A DNA stretch of 64,000 nt. It comes from the human T2T-CHM13v2.0 reference genome, Homo sapiens. The stretch lies in assembly GCF_009914755.1 (NCBI RefSeq), contig NC_060929.1; one strand, given 5' to 3'. Both the position numbers and the translations under genes were made by a program. Position 1 is the stretch's first letter. The number at the start of each line of letters is the position of its first letter. The notes below the pieces were generated by a model. That model did no database searches, was not told the origin of the DNA, and saw nothing but the letters and a program-made list of their open reading frames with translations. This document shows, in pieces, positions 29,961-43,666 of this stretch.

Positions 29961-31789
29961 CTTTATAGCTCTGCCTGTGTGATGCTCTGGGAAAAGTGGG
30001 GAGGAGAGAAAGTCATGTCTTTTTTCACTGAGCAATCAGGAGTCTCCACAGGTGCAGTGATTTCTGCATGCGGTATCCACTGTTCTGTTCTGAGAACACA
30101 TGGATGAAATATGGGAAGGATATTAGAGCTTACAAGTGCAAGCAAGAGAACAGCAATAGATGTCTCCTCTGGACCACTACTGCTTCTCTTTAGTTAAGGC
30201 TAAACATAATTGCATAAATTGGTGACACACCTGAAAGACTGGGAGTATGTCTGATGCCATCTTTTGGAAGGCCAATTTGGACATTATAACTTGAGGAGAG
30301 GGCCAAATTAATAGGTAAGACAGCGCTAGTGCCAGGTGTACGCATACTAGCTTTCATATTTCTGAACTTATCCCTGGAAACCTTTCTCACAAGTATCAAA
30401 ACGGCACTGGGCCCTTTGAAGCTGTAACTTGAAATCTCATAAAAGACACTGTCATGTACAACTGACAACTTTTCCAAATGAAAATAGAAGACAGGAGAGG
30501 TGGCTCCCTTGGGGTACATACCCCATGAAGGAATCTATTCTGGGAGGGATTTTCACAGTGTGTATTTTTAATATCACTCAGGCCAGCATCTTAATCGGAC
30601 TTTACTGGTGGGAAGCACTCACCCAGCAGCAGGGATTGTGATGGTAGGAATTTAATCTGAACACTTGGCATAGGCCTAATCATATTTCACTTATTTTCTT
30701 TTATGTGGCTTCTTAAGATAAATGAGTCTCCTCCTTTATCAACAATAGCTCAGGATTTATAAGCTCACATTTTTCATCTAGGACAGGGAATGTAGCAACT
30801 TGCACTTTATTATCCATCTCTCATTTTCTTCCCGTCAGACAATCGATAAATTCCCCACCAATGTCTCTTTTTAAAGGTTGCTTACAAGTTTCTGTTTCAG
30901 AACAATGTGCTGGCATTGGTTTTTATCCCTAAGTCCTTTCTGAATCTGAGTGCTCATTGGGAGTGATTTGCAAGAGTTTTTCCAAGAATTTCTTTAGCAA
31001 AACTACAATTCACCCAAGAGGGCCTAAATGTAGCCTGTATGAGTTGTGGGCATCACTTCCTGACAAAAACCTACATGAGTTGTTGTCCAGGTAGCATCTC
31101 ATTCCTGTGCATCATAGAATAGAATTCTTTTACAAGTACAAATGACCTTAATGTTTCTTCTGTCCAACTACCTATTATGGGTGAGATGAAACAGATTCAA
31201 ATAGGACAGGTTTGTCTGTGTTTGACCTGACAGCCAGAGGAACTGTTGAGAACAGAAGTGCTATATTCTTCCTGTAATTCCATGGAATGTGCTTATAATT
31301 TCTCAGAAACATCCCTTAAGGATGATCTTTAATGTGTAGAAGTATACAGCAATTCCCATGCTGACCTAACTGTTTTCTTGGATGGCCAGCAAGCAGAGTA
31401 CTGGGCTGCGTAAGTAGTATCTAGGGTTTGTTAACTTTTAAGCCAGACTCGACTGTATGTGGGAGGTGTAATTGTGATTCTTTTTGGCTAATAGAGACTT
31501 TTCATCTGTAAGTCAAAATGTACTATCTGTCTTCTCTGAGTCGGGGATTATGACATGAGATTAGGATAAAACAGATAGCTGTAATACTTGCCCCTCCCTG
31601 CTGGAAGATTGCTGTGTAGACAAAGAAAAATAATAGGAGAATATAGCCAAATATGCAGTGGTTCTTAAAGCATCAGCTCTGAGTTGACCCTGAATTGCTT
31701 GCTTTTCACTAGCCAAACCAATCATATGTAGGGAAATATAGTCCTACACATGCCCAAAGAAATAAAGAGCAGCAAAGTGCTTAAAATGG

Positions 31790-31937
31790 TGACTGCTTTG
31801 TCATCTGTACCCCTGAGTGACTACCCTCTTAACCCTCCATGGGCATGTAGCTTGGGTGAAAAATAAATGTTTGTTCTTCAAAGCCACTGAGATTTGTGTT
31901 GTCTGTTACTGTAGTATATCCCAACTTCTTTTGACTG
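31790..31937 (+). mobile_element. MLT1 LTR 3' remnant
   Basis: 'aataaatgtttgttcttcaaagccactgagatttgtgttgtctgttactgtagtat'. Confidence 0.6.
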
Positions 31938-32581
31938 AGCAGCATGGATTGTCTGATTTAATCCTCAATTTAGAAGTTAGAATTGTCTTGACTACGTAAA
32001 TGTTCATATGAAGAGCATGAGCCTTAGAAAGCGTACCAGGAAGTGGTTGAAGCAGCACTCTAACACTTGCAGTCTGGTTCCAAAGCTTATATTCTTAGCC
32101 AGGATATTAAAATGCTCTCCCTCGTTTTCTTTCTCACTCTCCTGCACTCTCTCTCTCTCTCTCTGCGTGTGTTCTTCTGTTATTGAGGAAAGATGGTTTC
32201 TAAAGAGAATCAAGGAAGACTCCCAAAGAAATTGATAGCTAAGCTCTAAAGGAAAAGTAGAAACTAGGCAATTCAGTAGTAAAGAAAATTATACTTATTC
32301 CCTCTCTGTGTTGAGGCATGGGTAATCCCCATTGTTTGATTTACTCACGCCCAGAGAAAGTGTAGAGCAAAGAATTCCTGTTTATACATTACTGTTGGAA
32401 ACCATGAAATATGGAAAGCATTCAAATACAATGGCCTTGAATCTGTAAATCATTAAAAGCAACCTTATGAGATTTTATAAAACAGATGAGAAATTACAGT
32501 TTTGATCCACTGAGGCAGCAAAGCAATTTGACAGTTACATATGTATAATGCTCTCTAGCTCTCTCACTTGTGCGCGTGCTT

Positions 32582-32624
<43 letters not shown>
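32582..32624. repeat. Compound (TC)n(AC)n microsatellite
   Basis: Direct reading. Confidence 0.95.
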
Positions 32625-33249
32625 GAAAATGATCTAACCAATATATGAGCTTTAGCATTATGGTAACTAGAGAGTAAAAAGGAAAAGAAAGGAAACTATA
32701 TATTAACATCATTGGCCAAAGAAAGAAAATATGAACGAAGTTGAGATTACATGGCAAATGACAAAAAGGATCAGCAGCTGTGACCCAGACACTGATGGGG
32801 TCATCTGGTCCTTTCCCTTCCTGTTGGGTTAATCATGCAGGACTGATGATGTCACCGTTTATAATGCTCCCTAGAAAAGAAAGCCAGTAGCTGCCTCAGT
32901 AGCCTGTCACATAGTCTAATTGCCTTGATCACAAAACATTCTCTGTGTCTTATTCAGCTCTGGCTTGCTTCACTCTAGACACCCTTCATCAAGTTGGACT
33001 TTAATGGAAACAGAACGTTGCCCAGCATGTTCCTTTAGTAAACCCACACAAAGTGTGCACAAATAACAGTCATGTTTTACCCTCTTTAACATACTACCTC
33101 TTTCCCCAAGCACTTATCTCTAAATCAGTTCTCTTTATGGATTCAGGGAATTCCAAAGCACGTCATAGCATGTCTCTTGAATTGGATTGCTTTTTTTCTG
33201 TGAACGTCATATTTCTCTTACAAAAAAAAAAAAAAAAAAACACCTCGTT

Positions 33250-33890
33250 AGGGTTATATTTGTATGCTGTAAGATTGACTCATTTTAAGTATACAACTGA
33301 GTGATTTTTAGTAAATTTGCTTTTATGCAGCTACCACCACAATCTGATTTTAGAGTATTTCTGTCACCTCAGTAAAATCCCTCGAATCCATTTATAGTCT
33401 TCTCCGCCCTAGACAACCACTAATCTACTTTCTGTCTCTATAGATTTTCATTTCTGGACAATACATGAATGAGATCATGCAATATGTGGTCTTTTATGTC
33501 TGTCTGCTTTCAGTTATCATAATTTTTGAGGTTTGTCCATGTTATAGCATGTACCTGTATTTCATTTCTTTTGATTGCTAAATAGTATTCCATTGCATGG
33601 ATATAGAATATTTTACTTATCCATTCATCAGTTAATAGGCATTTAGGTGGTTTCCACATTTTGGCTCTGATGAATTATGTTGCTGTGAACATTTATGTAT
33701 AAGTGTTTGTGTGAACATACGTTTTTATTTATATTGGGCAGAGAGCCCAGAGTGGAATTGCTGGATCATATGGTAACTCCGTGTTTAAATTCTTAACAGG
33801 CAGGCCCTTTTCCAAAGTGACTGCAACATTTTATGTTCCCCTTAGTGGTATATGAAAGTACATGATATTTCCAGGTTCTTGCCATCATGT
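33250..33890 (-). mobile_element. Old L1M (MB/ME-type) 3' end
   Basis: 'ccctagacaaccactaatctactttctgtctctatagattt...gctaaatagtattccattgcatgg...gagtggaattgctggatcatatggtaactc'. Confidence 0.8.
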
Positions 33891-33895
33891 GTGCT

Positions 33896-33898
<3 letters not shown>

Positions 33899-33947
<49 letters not shown>

Positions 33948-33955
33948 TTATGTGT
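33899..33955. repeat. (TG)n microsatellite
   Basis: Direct reading: about 18 perfect TG units, then degenerate. Confidence 0.95.
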
Positions 33956-34891
33956 TTTGGAAACTCCCAAAAGGAAGGAATGCAATCTGCAACTCTTCTT
34001 GCCTTTTCGTCTTAGTGTTTAGCACAGGGCTGGGCACACAGTAGAAGCTTAATAGTGTAGCATGGCATGTGATGGTTAAGGAATTTTGTTTTGGAGTTAG
34101 ACTGCCAGGTTCTGTAAGCATTGGTTTTCTCTACTGTTAAATGGGGCTAATAGTGCCTACCCTTTTTAGTTACAATGAGGGTTAATGAATACAGTGCAGA
34201 CCATGTGCTTTGTCTAACGCGTATGGAAATGGTAGCTTTTGTTACTCATGTTTTAAAATTCACATGGATGAGCACTTTCTGAACAATCTCTAGCCGATTT
34301 CTTTTTTTCTCTTGCAATTAGATATTTAGGTATAGGCAATGTACTGAGCCCCCAAGATGAAATAATAAGTAGCACCTTATTTCTCATCTCAAGAAATTTG
34401 AAGTTTAGTGACTGAGGACATAGATATAAATGGACAATTACAATGTATGTGATATAAGATATGAGCAGAAATATGAGATGAAAGATATGATATGAAAAAT
34501 CCCATATGACCCAGAAAAGACATCTAATCATAACCAAAGGACTGCAGAGAGGAGCAGAAGCATTGGGAAGAGTATTGCTGGCCAAGGGAAGGGCATAAAA
34601 CATTTACAAAGATTCAAAAAGGGAAGGGGTTTGGAAAAATTGCGAGCATGTTCTGTGACAGAGTGAAGGGAGACCGGTAAGAGACTAGGATGGAGAAGTG
34701 AGCAGGTGCAGTCATGAAGTGTGCTAAAGATTATATTAAGAAGTTTGTTCTTTTCTTTTGTTGCTATCATTCTGTTAAGTGTTAATGTCTGAGGAGCTAC
34801 GAAGAAGATGGTTCAGTATTCTAAAGGTAGAAGTGACCATTTATAAAGAGAAGAAAGCTAGAGCAGTCTCAAACTTTATAATAGTCGAATA

Positions 34892-35130
34892 CATTATTTC
34901 TCAACTTTAAAAAAAAATTAACCCTCCCTTGCCCCAGAGAATGTTTAGACATTTTTCCCTATTTGTCACCCCATGAAATGTCGATATTAAAGATATGCTG
35001 CATATGTACTTTATATGTAAACATATTTAGGCTTTCTAAATTAAAAGAGTAAAAATTTTGTATGCGTCCAACCCCCCAATAATTAATTTTTGTCCACTGG
35101 GGGCTGTATCCCCCTGGTTGGGAATACATA
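34892..35130. mobile_element. hAT MITE (MER96B-like)
   Basis: 'cattatttctcaacttt...tttagacatttttccctatttgtcaccccatgaaat...ggggctgtatccccctggttgggaatacat'. Confidence 0.5.
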
Positions 35131-37010
35131 CTCTAATAAATTGGAATCTCATGTAGGAACAGGTATAGATGTTAACATTTTTGTCATTCCCCACACTACC
35201 TTTCAAAATACAACCATTTGGAATGAATAAATTCTGTCACTCTACAGATATTTTCTGAGCGCATAATAATTGCCAAGCCATTTTTTAGGAACTGAGACTA
35301 CAGCAGTGAATAAAACAGTCAAAAATCCCACCCCTCATGAAGATTACATTCTACTGCAATCTGTATATAATTGTTTTGGATCCAAACCAAGTAATGCCTG
35401 CCATTAAAACTGCTCCAGCAAGAGATTATCTTGAGACTTGTTTGTTAAAACAGGTCTTGGCATTACTTTCAAGCCTGAAAATGTGCTGACAGAATTAAAA
35501 ACCCATCCAATGCTGATGCAGGGGGAAAATCAAAGGAGCAAGAAAATCGCACTTTTTTTCTGTTAATAGATTTTATTAGTGGGAAAAACTGTTTTACACA
35601 CCTATCAAAATATCAAAAATTGCACAATAGGTCTGCAACCTACTCATCTAACAACGACCAACGTTTGCCTTTTTCTGAATAAACATATGCACTCTGGGTG
35701 TTTTTCATCAGTCTTTAGTATCCCTAGGAGTCCTGGGCATGGGGCGGATCCTGGAACAGATCAGAAATGCCTTTTCAGCAGTGTCCAGTGGAATGTGAAA
35801 AATAGCACTTTCTTAAAATCAACATAATAGCAATTTCCATCCCCATCCCACAAGAACCAACAGGAAGTCCACGTCACTCAGAATTTTGCAGACATCCTGG
35901 TATCTTACCCTGCACCAGTGGGAAGGCCTCTGGGAGCACTGATCACTGCCCTGCACTGGCCATGCTGAGAGAATGGCCACCTACATGATCCCTGGAGGTC
36001 CAAATGTTCTGCCTCTCCTGGAGAAGGGAAACTTTGGCGAGGCTGGAGTGCTACAGCCATTTCCTTTGGAAGCCTTAACCCCTCCTCGGGACACTGGCAG
36101 GAAAATGGTCTCTAGAATTCACGGGAGGCACAGATCTTTTGTCTACTGCCCCCCACCCATCCCAGTGGGAGAATATCTCCTCCACTTCTTGCCTCCTTTC
36201 CCAGCACATCTAGCACAGTTCATTCAATGAGATTCAATGAGATTATAAAAGACAGGAAACCCCACTGCAGTTAGGCTACTGCTGCTTCATTCTCAAAATC
36301 TCTAAGCCAAGTAATGACAAAGCCCAAGAACCTGTCTGAAATGGTGACAAAGGGAGTCAGGGGAAGGAGACAAGAGGAAGAAAACAAGTTATGTGGAAAG
36401 AACCAATATTTCAGTCTATTGCGCTGCTACTCTGATTCTCTTTATTCTGTACTCATCTTCTATAGAAAACTATTAAAACAACTAACCAATCTGGGCCAGA
36501 TAAAGAATGAAAAGCAAATGCCATAGTCTTTGCACCAGCCCAGAGGGTAATTCCCCAGATTCCACCTACCTGTGCCCCCTTCCCCTGCCCCTAGCCTCTG
36601 CCTTTTCTGAAAGTTCTAACTGAGGGCTTAGGGGAGACTCTAAATTAGACTGAGAAAGTAATAGGATTTGCTCTTGTGTTTTTGAAAACTCCTATTCTGA
36701 GTTGAGTACCGCACCCTGTATGGGAATAGTCACTGGTGATCCTGCGATGAGCAGGGCTTTCAGAATTCTTGTCTTCGCTGGGATTACAATGGGAGCCTGG
36801 CCTCCTCCTTCTGTCTTAGATGTACTTTACAGACTTCAGGATCATCACTGGACAGCGCTCATTCAGTCAAGACCTGCTATCCCCCTATTGGGCTACTATA
36901 ATTTTCATGCTTGCCTTAAGAAAATTAGTTTCACCATTTAAAGAGGAAAATAAGATATTGTCTGTTTTTCTAATTACTGTTTCTAATTGTTCTAGGAATG
37001 ATATTCTCTC

Positions 37011-37317
37011 TTTTTTTTTTTTTTTGTTTGGTTTTTGGGACGGAGTCTTGCTCTGTTGCCCAGGCTGGAGTGCAGTGGCACAATATTGGCTCACTGCAAA
37101 CTCTGCCTCCTGTGTTCACGCCATTCTCCTGCCTCAGCCTCCTGAATAGCTGGGGCTACAGGCACCCACCACCACCCCTGGCTAATTTTTTGTATTTTTA
37201 GTAGAGACAGGGTTTCACCATGTTAGCCAGGATGGTCTCGATCTCCTGACCTCGTGATCCGCCCGCCTCGGCCTCCCAAAGTGCTGGGATTACAGGCGTG
37301 AGCCACCATGCCCAGCC
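37011..37317 (-). mobile_element. AluY
   Basis: AluY diagnostics 'gttcacgccattctcc' and 'gttagccaggatggtctcgatctcctgacctcgtgatccgcccgcctcggcc'. Confidence 0.93.
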
Positions 37318-37325
37318 CTCCCTCT

Positions 37326-37606
37326 TTAATTTTTTTAGAGAGAGGATTTTGCTCTTTCCCAGGCTGGAGAGCATTGATGTAATCATAGCTCACAATCCTG
37401 GGCTCAAGTGATCTTCCTGCCACAGCCTCCTGAGTAGCTGGGACTACAGGTATATGTTACCATACCAACTAATTTTTATTTTTATTTTTTAGGATGGTAT
37501 CTTGCTATGCTGCCCAGTTTGCTCTTAAACTCCTTGCCTCAAGAAATCTTCCTGCCTCAGCCTCTCAAAGTGCTGTAATTACAAGCATGAACCATCAGTC
37601 CTGGTC
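37326..37606 (-). mobile_element. AluJ-type element adjacent to the AluY
   Basis: J-type features 'aatcatagctcac...cctgggctcaagtgatcttcctgcc...ttgctatgctgcccag'. Confidence 0.85.
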
Positions 37607-38574
37607 CAATTCTCAATCTTCTAAATACCTCTTTTACATCTTATTGGGAGAGAAGTTGTAGTTCCTAATTGACCTCAAACTCCAATCTTAATAATACCCA
37701 AAACTTCTTATGTAGTAAAAGATGAAATGTTTTTTAATAAAGCTCATATCAAGGTACTTTGATGGGTTTCCAATCCAGCCTCATTGTTCCAAAGCTAGAA
37801 AGGAGACTATAAATGTGGGAACATATTATTTAGTTGGTTACTCTAATCAGTTTTGTGTTATATTTTGGAAATAGAGGCCAGTAACAAAAATTCACACTAT
37901 TTGATAGACCTTTCCCACCAAATACCATTAGGCAGACCGAGAGACAGGGAAGTAGGCTAGAAAAGTGAAACTGATCATAAGCAAGAATAGGAAATCCTGT
38001 AAGTGGAAAAATGATGGGGATTTGGCATGTTTGAGGTGAGTTAGCTGCCATAAGATGTATATGAGGAAAGATTAAATTACTTATTGCAAAAGAGTTACTT
38101 GGCTTGGATTAGATTTATATTTCTTGAACTGTGGTCGTTTCTGTACCTCCTTCACTGTTTTTATTTGGCTGGGTACCTCCTATGTTATAAACTGTCTTAC
38201 AGGATGGGATTTAGAGGGGCCTTCTCTTTTTGTAACTCGTCATGGCACACAGCACATGATTATACACACAGTGGGCTCTCCAAAAATAGCAGAAGATTCC
38301 TTCTGATTATGTCTGGGGGTGGGTGAATGTTGTGTTGTAGTTAGGATCCCTTCGACTCTGAGAAGGTGTAATAAAAGTATCTATCATAAAAATGAATGGT
38401 GTTAGGCTTAGGATTAAGGATGGTTCTATCTATTAATATCACTGACTGCAGTTACCCAGTAAGCTAAAATCAAAGTGACATTAATAAGAAACCCAGCAGG
38501 AACCATAAGGGCATTACTTTTGTGTATATTGAGGATTGGGTTACCCTTAGCTATTATCCTAATGACTACGAATG

Positions 38575-38790
38575 TAAAGTCTGAATTGGAAACAGTTGAG
38601 TTCAAATTCCTAGTTCTGTCATTAGCTAGCTATATAATTTTGAGCAAGTAACTTACTAACAAATTTGCTCACTTGTAAAAGAAGGAAAATAATAATTATC
38701 TCATAAGAACATTGAAGAGATGACATGAGATAATTTATGTATAGCACTTAGTACATGAGGTATAGTGTACATTCTAGGTAAGTGTTGATT
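38575..38790 (+). mobile_element. MIR remnant
   Basis: 'gagttcaaattcctagttctgtcattagctagc...ttgagcaagtaactta...catgagataatttatgtatagcacttag'. Confidence 0.65.
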
Positions 38791-38847
38791 TTTAAAATAA
38801 ATCACCAAGGAAAACTTTATTTTTTGTTACTTAAGAGGTTTTTTTTA

Positions 38848-39194
<347 letters not shown>

Positions 39195-39344
39195 TTATAA
39201 AGTACAGATAAGCAAAAAGAGGAAAGTAGAAAGCACTCATAACTCAGACATACAAAGTATTAAATATTAACATTTGAGTATAATTCCCCCTAGAATTTTT
39301 CTCCAATAAAATTTCCTTGAGAATTTTTGTTATATGTACATGAG

Positions 39345-39353
39345 TATATGTGG

Positions 39354-39394
<41 letters not shown>

Positions 39395-39410
39395 AATGTG
39401 TATATATATT
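39345..39410. repeat. (TG)n(TA)n microsatellite
   Basis: Direct reading. Confidence 0.9.
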
Positions 39411-40769
39411 AAACAGTTATTTTTCAGTGGGCTCATTACATATTTCCTCAACTGATTGTTTCAGTCAATAATGCATCATGAATATTTGCCTGCACTCTTA
39501 CATATTCCTCTGCAAGAACTACATCATATTCCCTATAGTGTGTTCAATTATTGTAACATGCAACTTTACATAGTTTTTATTTTTTCTCTTATTAACTGAC
39601 ATGGTGACGAACAACTCTAAAGCTAAATACTTTCACATTTACACAGTTATTTCCTTACGATGAAATCCAAGAAGTAACATAATAATTTTCAGCAACAATG
39701 AAGGAACTGAGGTAAATCGTGAAAAGCACAGAGTATAGTAAGTCAGTCATCAATAAATGTTAAGGAAAGGGGATATATGTAAGTAGTGTAAGAAAAGAAG
39801 GAGTTGTTTGGAATAGACTTTCTATAATACCCCAAATATAATCTTTTATTTAAGAATGTTTAGGAGTTCTTGTTTGTTTAGTAATCGTATCATGCATGTA
39901 ATCATATGCGTGTAAACATATCAATGTCTTCTGACCTCAATGGGAAGAAATGTCAACATAGCATGCAGACAGATGAAGCAGCGCAGTCAGTTTATCGAAG
40001 TCAGGTTGAATATGTGTTTCTGTGAAAAGGTTTGCCTCTCCAGCTATCAGAAATGATCACTAATAATGCAAAACAAGAGCTAATCCATCTGTCTATTTTG
40101 GGAGGGTTCGAGGTGCCTTTGGACATCCGCATTGCCGTGTTTCCCTTTGTTGCAGGTTCCACCTGCTGCAGGTGAGACACGTGCCATGTCCCCCAGCCTG
40201 TTGCCTCTCACACTGGGTTTGATTGCCCAGTTGGGTTCTCTTGGCAGAGCTGTCTCCATGAGTGCCAGAATAGAAATATACAGATGGCATAGAGGAACAA
40301 TTTTGACCTGCAGGATCTGTTCTGATCCACAGGCTGAAGTGCATTTATGAAGACAGGATGGGGAAAAGTACCCATTTTCCACTTGGTCATTCAACCCCCT
40401 GTGTGGCATCCATACTGAACGTGTTGAGGTATACAGCACAATAGCAATGGCAGACAGAAGAAGCTGCAGGAGGCTGAAATAACATAGATAACATAGTGAG
40501 GTAGGTTGGGTGGAGACTGTGCAAACTAGAGACTGTATGGTGTGTCCAGGCAGGGGCGGCTGCTGCTCACCTCAGTGGATGCTGGCAACGTAACAGCAGG
40601 CCCAGCATGGCCATTCCTGTTTCACTGGAGAAACTAGAAACCTGGATTTTTCATTCATATATTTTGCTTTTTAAATGTTATTAGAAAACAGAGGAATACA
40701 TAAGAAATAACAAAGCATGTTCATAGTGTGTGTGTATATACACCAAACACACACACACACACACACACC

Positions 40770-43095
40770 CCTACCCCTGGGAGGAGAAAAAACACGGTGG
40801 AGCAATGAAAATAGAAATTTGACTTCTTTGAATATTTGTTATTTTGTAGATTTGACTTTGGTGCCACATACATAGTTTACATAAAAGAAAATTGGACTTT
40901 AAAAAAACAGTCATGAAAAAATGAGAAGAAAAATTGAAACAATTCAGCCTCACTGGGTATCATGTTAACAGCATAACCCCACAGAAAGGAATTATTTCAA
41001 GTGACTTTGAAATTCCACAGTTTGACTGTATTTTCCTAGTAGGATATACTTTAAAGATTTTTAAAAACTAACAAATTTTACATTGATTTTTATTAACCAT
41101 AATGTTAGTACAATAGTGACATTGGTGTTCTGAAACTATTCTGTGTGTGTTGTGAGTTAAATGAATAATCATGTTGGTATTATTCAGAAAAGGGATTTTT
41201 GGTATGAAAGAAAGGTAGTAACATTATAAAATCCAGGAGATAAAATGGAAATCTTCAAGTCCTGAATTTGAGTTAAAGTTTCATGTTAAATCATGTTATT
41301 TTTACTAAACACACACTCACACACACACACAGACACACACACACACACCCCTTATTTTCCAGTTCCGTCCGCAGAAACAAAGGCTCATCCAGTAACAATC
41401 AGTATTCAAAGCTCCCAGTTGTGGTTTCTAAATACCATTTCCCACTGAAATGAACCAGGGCTTCTTACTAAAAATGGCTGATTGCAGTCCTGGGGAAGGA
41501 CTGTAGGATCACCCTGTAACATCTCATAGAGAAGCAAAAGGGCCATCAAAGACTACGTGGCTATATTAAAAGGGTGCAGCAGTCAACTGGAAAAAAACCC
41601 TTGACTGAAGTAGGGAAATTAGAAAATTATAGGGATAATAATTGGGCTAGAATGAAACAAATGAAAATGTTTATAGTCATAGTTAAAAAGTAAAAACCTC
41701 ATTGGTTTGGAAGATACTAGGTGGAAGATGTTAGATAGCCAATTCAGTATTTTAAAGATCAACAATAAAGGAGGGAAAATCCAACTCTGTCAATTCCTCT
41801 ACAAACTAAAATTCAGAGTTAGCAAATAGTTGATGAGATGAACTTTCTCTGGCTAGTATTCCCAGCTAGTAAATTAAGAATAATAGAATTAGGATATAAC
41901 CAGTTTGAAACCTCTAGTGAAATCATGGGTCCTCTAGGCAAAGACTACATTGGCTGATAACCTCATGGCAAAAATTGTTATGTGCCTACTGATAGAAGAA
42001 CCTCCCATGAAGTAAGTAAAAAATTGCGCCTCACTCCACCTCAAAGATGTTCATGTATAATCTCAGAACCCATGAATGTATTATATTACATGGAAAAGGG
42101 CAATTGAGATTGCAGATAGAATTACAATTACTGATCAGGTGATCTTAAAATGGAGAGGTTATCCTGGGTTATCCAGATGTGCCCAGTGAAATCTCAAGGG
42201 TCCTTGAGAATGGAAGAAGGATACAGAAGATTCAGAGTCAAGAGTGGTTTTACATGAGAAAAACTCAATCAGCCACTGCTGACTTTGAAGATGGAAGTGA
42301 GGCCATGAGCCCAGGAGCCAGAAAGAGAAAGGAAATTGATTCTCCCTTTAGAGCCTCCAGAAAAGGACATAGCCCTTCTGACACCTTGATTTTAGCCCAT
42401 TGTGTCCTGGTCAGAATTCTAACACACAGAACTGTAAGATAATAAGGTTGTGGTGTTTTAAACCACTAAGTTTTGTTATTTGTTACTGTGACAATAGAAA
42501 ACTAATATACCCCATTTCCTAGGATATAGTCTTTCTAGAAAATTGCATCTGAATCTGATCAAGCCTCTTGATGTAACTACCAATTTACAGGAAACATAAC
42601 GAATAGAGGAACACATTATATGAAATTATGGGAATGTTCAGCAAAATCTAAACTCTGGGAAATTCCATTTTTAAAATGACATTTATCAAATAAAGTATAT
42701 GTGTATATATTTGTATATGTGTGGATGTATGAGAGAGAAAATGACTGACTGGAAATTTTAGGAACTGGCCTAGTATTTTATGTAGCAAACAATTGCTGTA
42801 AGGAACTTAATTCAAATAAGCAAATTATAGAGAGAAAAAAACATATTAGTGAAATTTGAACATGGACAATAGGTGTTTGATATTAAGGAATGATTGTTAC
42901 TTCTGGATTGTGTGTGTGGTAATAGGATTATTGTTATATTTAAACAAAGAAGGGGAGTGTAGGTGGCAGTAATAGATAATAATAGCCATAAATTGATAAT
43001 CGCTGAAGATGAGTGATAGGTACATATGTGTTTGCTATCTGTTCTTTCTACTTTTGCATATATTATTTCCGTAACAAAATATTTTTAAAAAATAT
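40770..43095 (+). mobile_element. Old L1MC-type 3' region, interrupted by (CA)n at 41308-41348 and by an MLT1 LTR
   Basis: 'tttctaaataccattcccactgaaatgaaccagggcttc', 'ctgaatctgatcaagcctcttgatgtaactaccaatttacaggaa', and terminus 'tttctacttttgcatat'. Confidence 0.7.
42020..42510 (+). mobile_element. MLT1D-like MaLR solo LTR
   Basis: 'aaagatgttcatgtataatc...ggagaggttatcctgggttatccagatgtgccc...gactttgaagatggaag...gacaccttgattttagccc...agaaaactaatata'. Confidence 0.85.
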
Positions 43096-43564
43096 TAGCA
43101 ACTAACTTGACTCTTTACATGTTTTGTGACTCAAACACACACGTCCAAAGTCTGGATTTAACCAACAGACTGCCAGCTTGAAATCTCTGTAGAGTTCTGG
43201 AAATAGGATCTTTCACTTTTCCTGGAGAATTATCCTTTTCTCTCCTCCTACTTACCTTCTCCCTCCATTCTTTCTGTGCTGCCTAGCAAAATTGCCCCCC
43301 ACCCCAATCTGTGTGTGTGGATGACTAGGGGGCATTACAAATTGCTTGGAATAGAATTTTCTCAGAAAGAGTGAAAAAGATAATATGCATAACTGCATTA
43401 AACAATACCTCCTAATATTTTACATGTTTTTTGAATACCCGTCCTCATTCCACACCTTCAAAAATTAAAAAAAAAAAAGGCTATAACTACGTTTTTTACA
43501 GCCTGAGGTGTTTTGAAATTTTGGCTAATCATATCTTCCTTGTTATCTCTGTGTTCTATTTCAG

Positions 43565-43666
43565 GATGGAATGGGAAACCTGAGGATCACAGAAAAAGGT
43601 CTAAAGCTAGAAGGAGACTCTGAATTCTTACAACCTCTCTACGCCAAAGAAATCCAGTCCCGACCA
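43565..43666 (+). CDS. SGCD: Delta-sarcoglycan internal coding exon (102 nt, phase 0/0, about codons 65-98, start of the extracellular domain)
   Basis: Pyrimidine-rich tract 'tcttccttgttatctctgtgttctatttcag' ends in AG at 43563-43564, and donor GTAAGT starts at 43667. The translation [34 protein letters not shown] matches the human delta-sarcoglycan sequence as I recall it. Confidence 0.97.

Noticed and set aside
36224-36243. 10-bp tandem duplication (tcaatgagat twice)
   Set aside because: Ordinary slippage-type microduplication with no supporting context.
40080-40439. Four overlapping ORFs
   Set aside because: No recognisable protein. Only the splice-like and E-box motif was kept as a finding.
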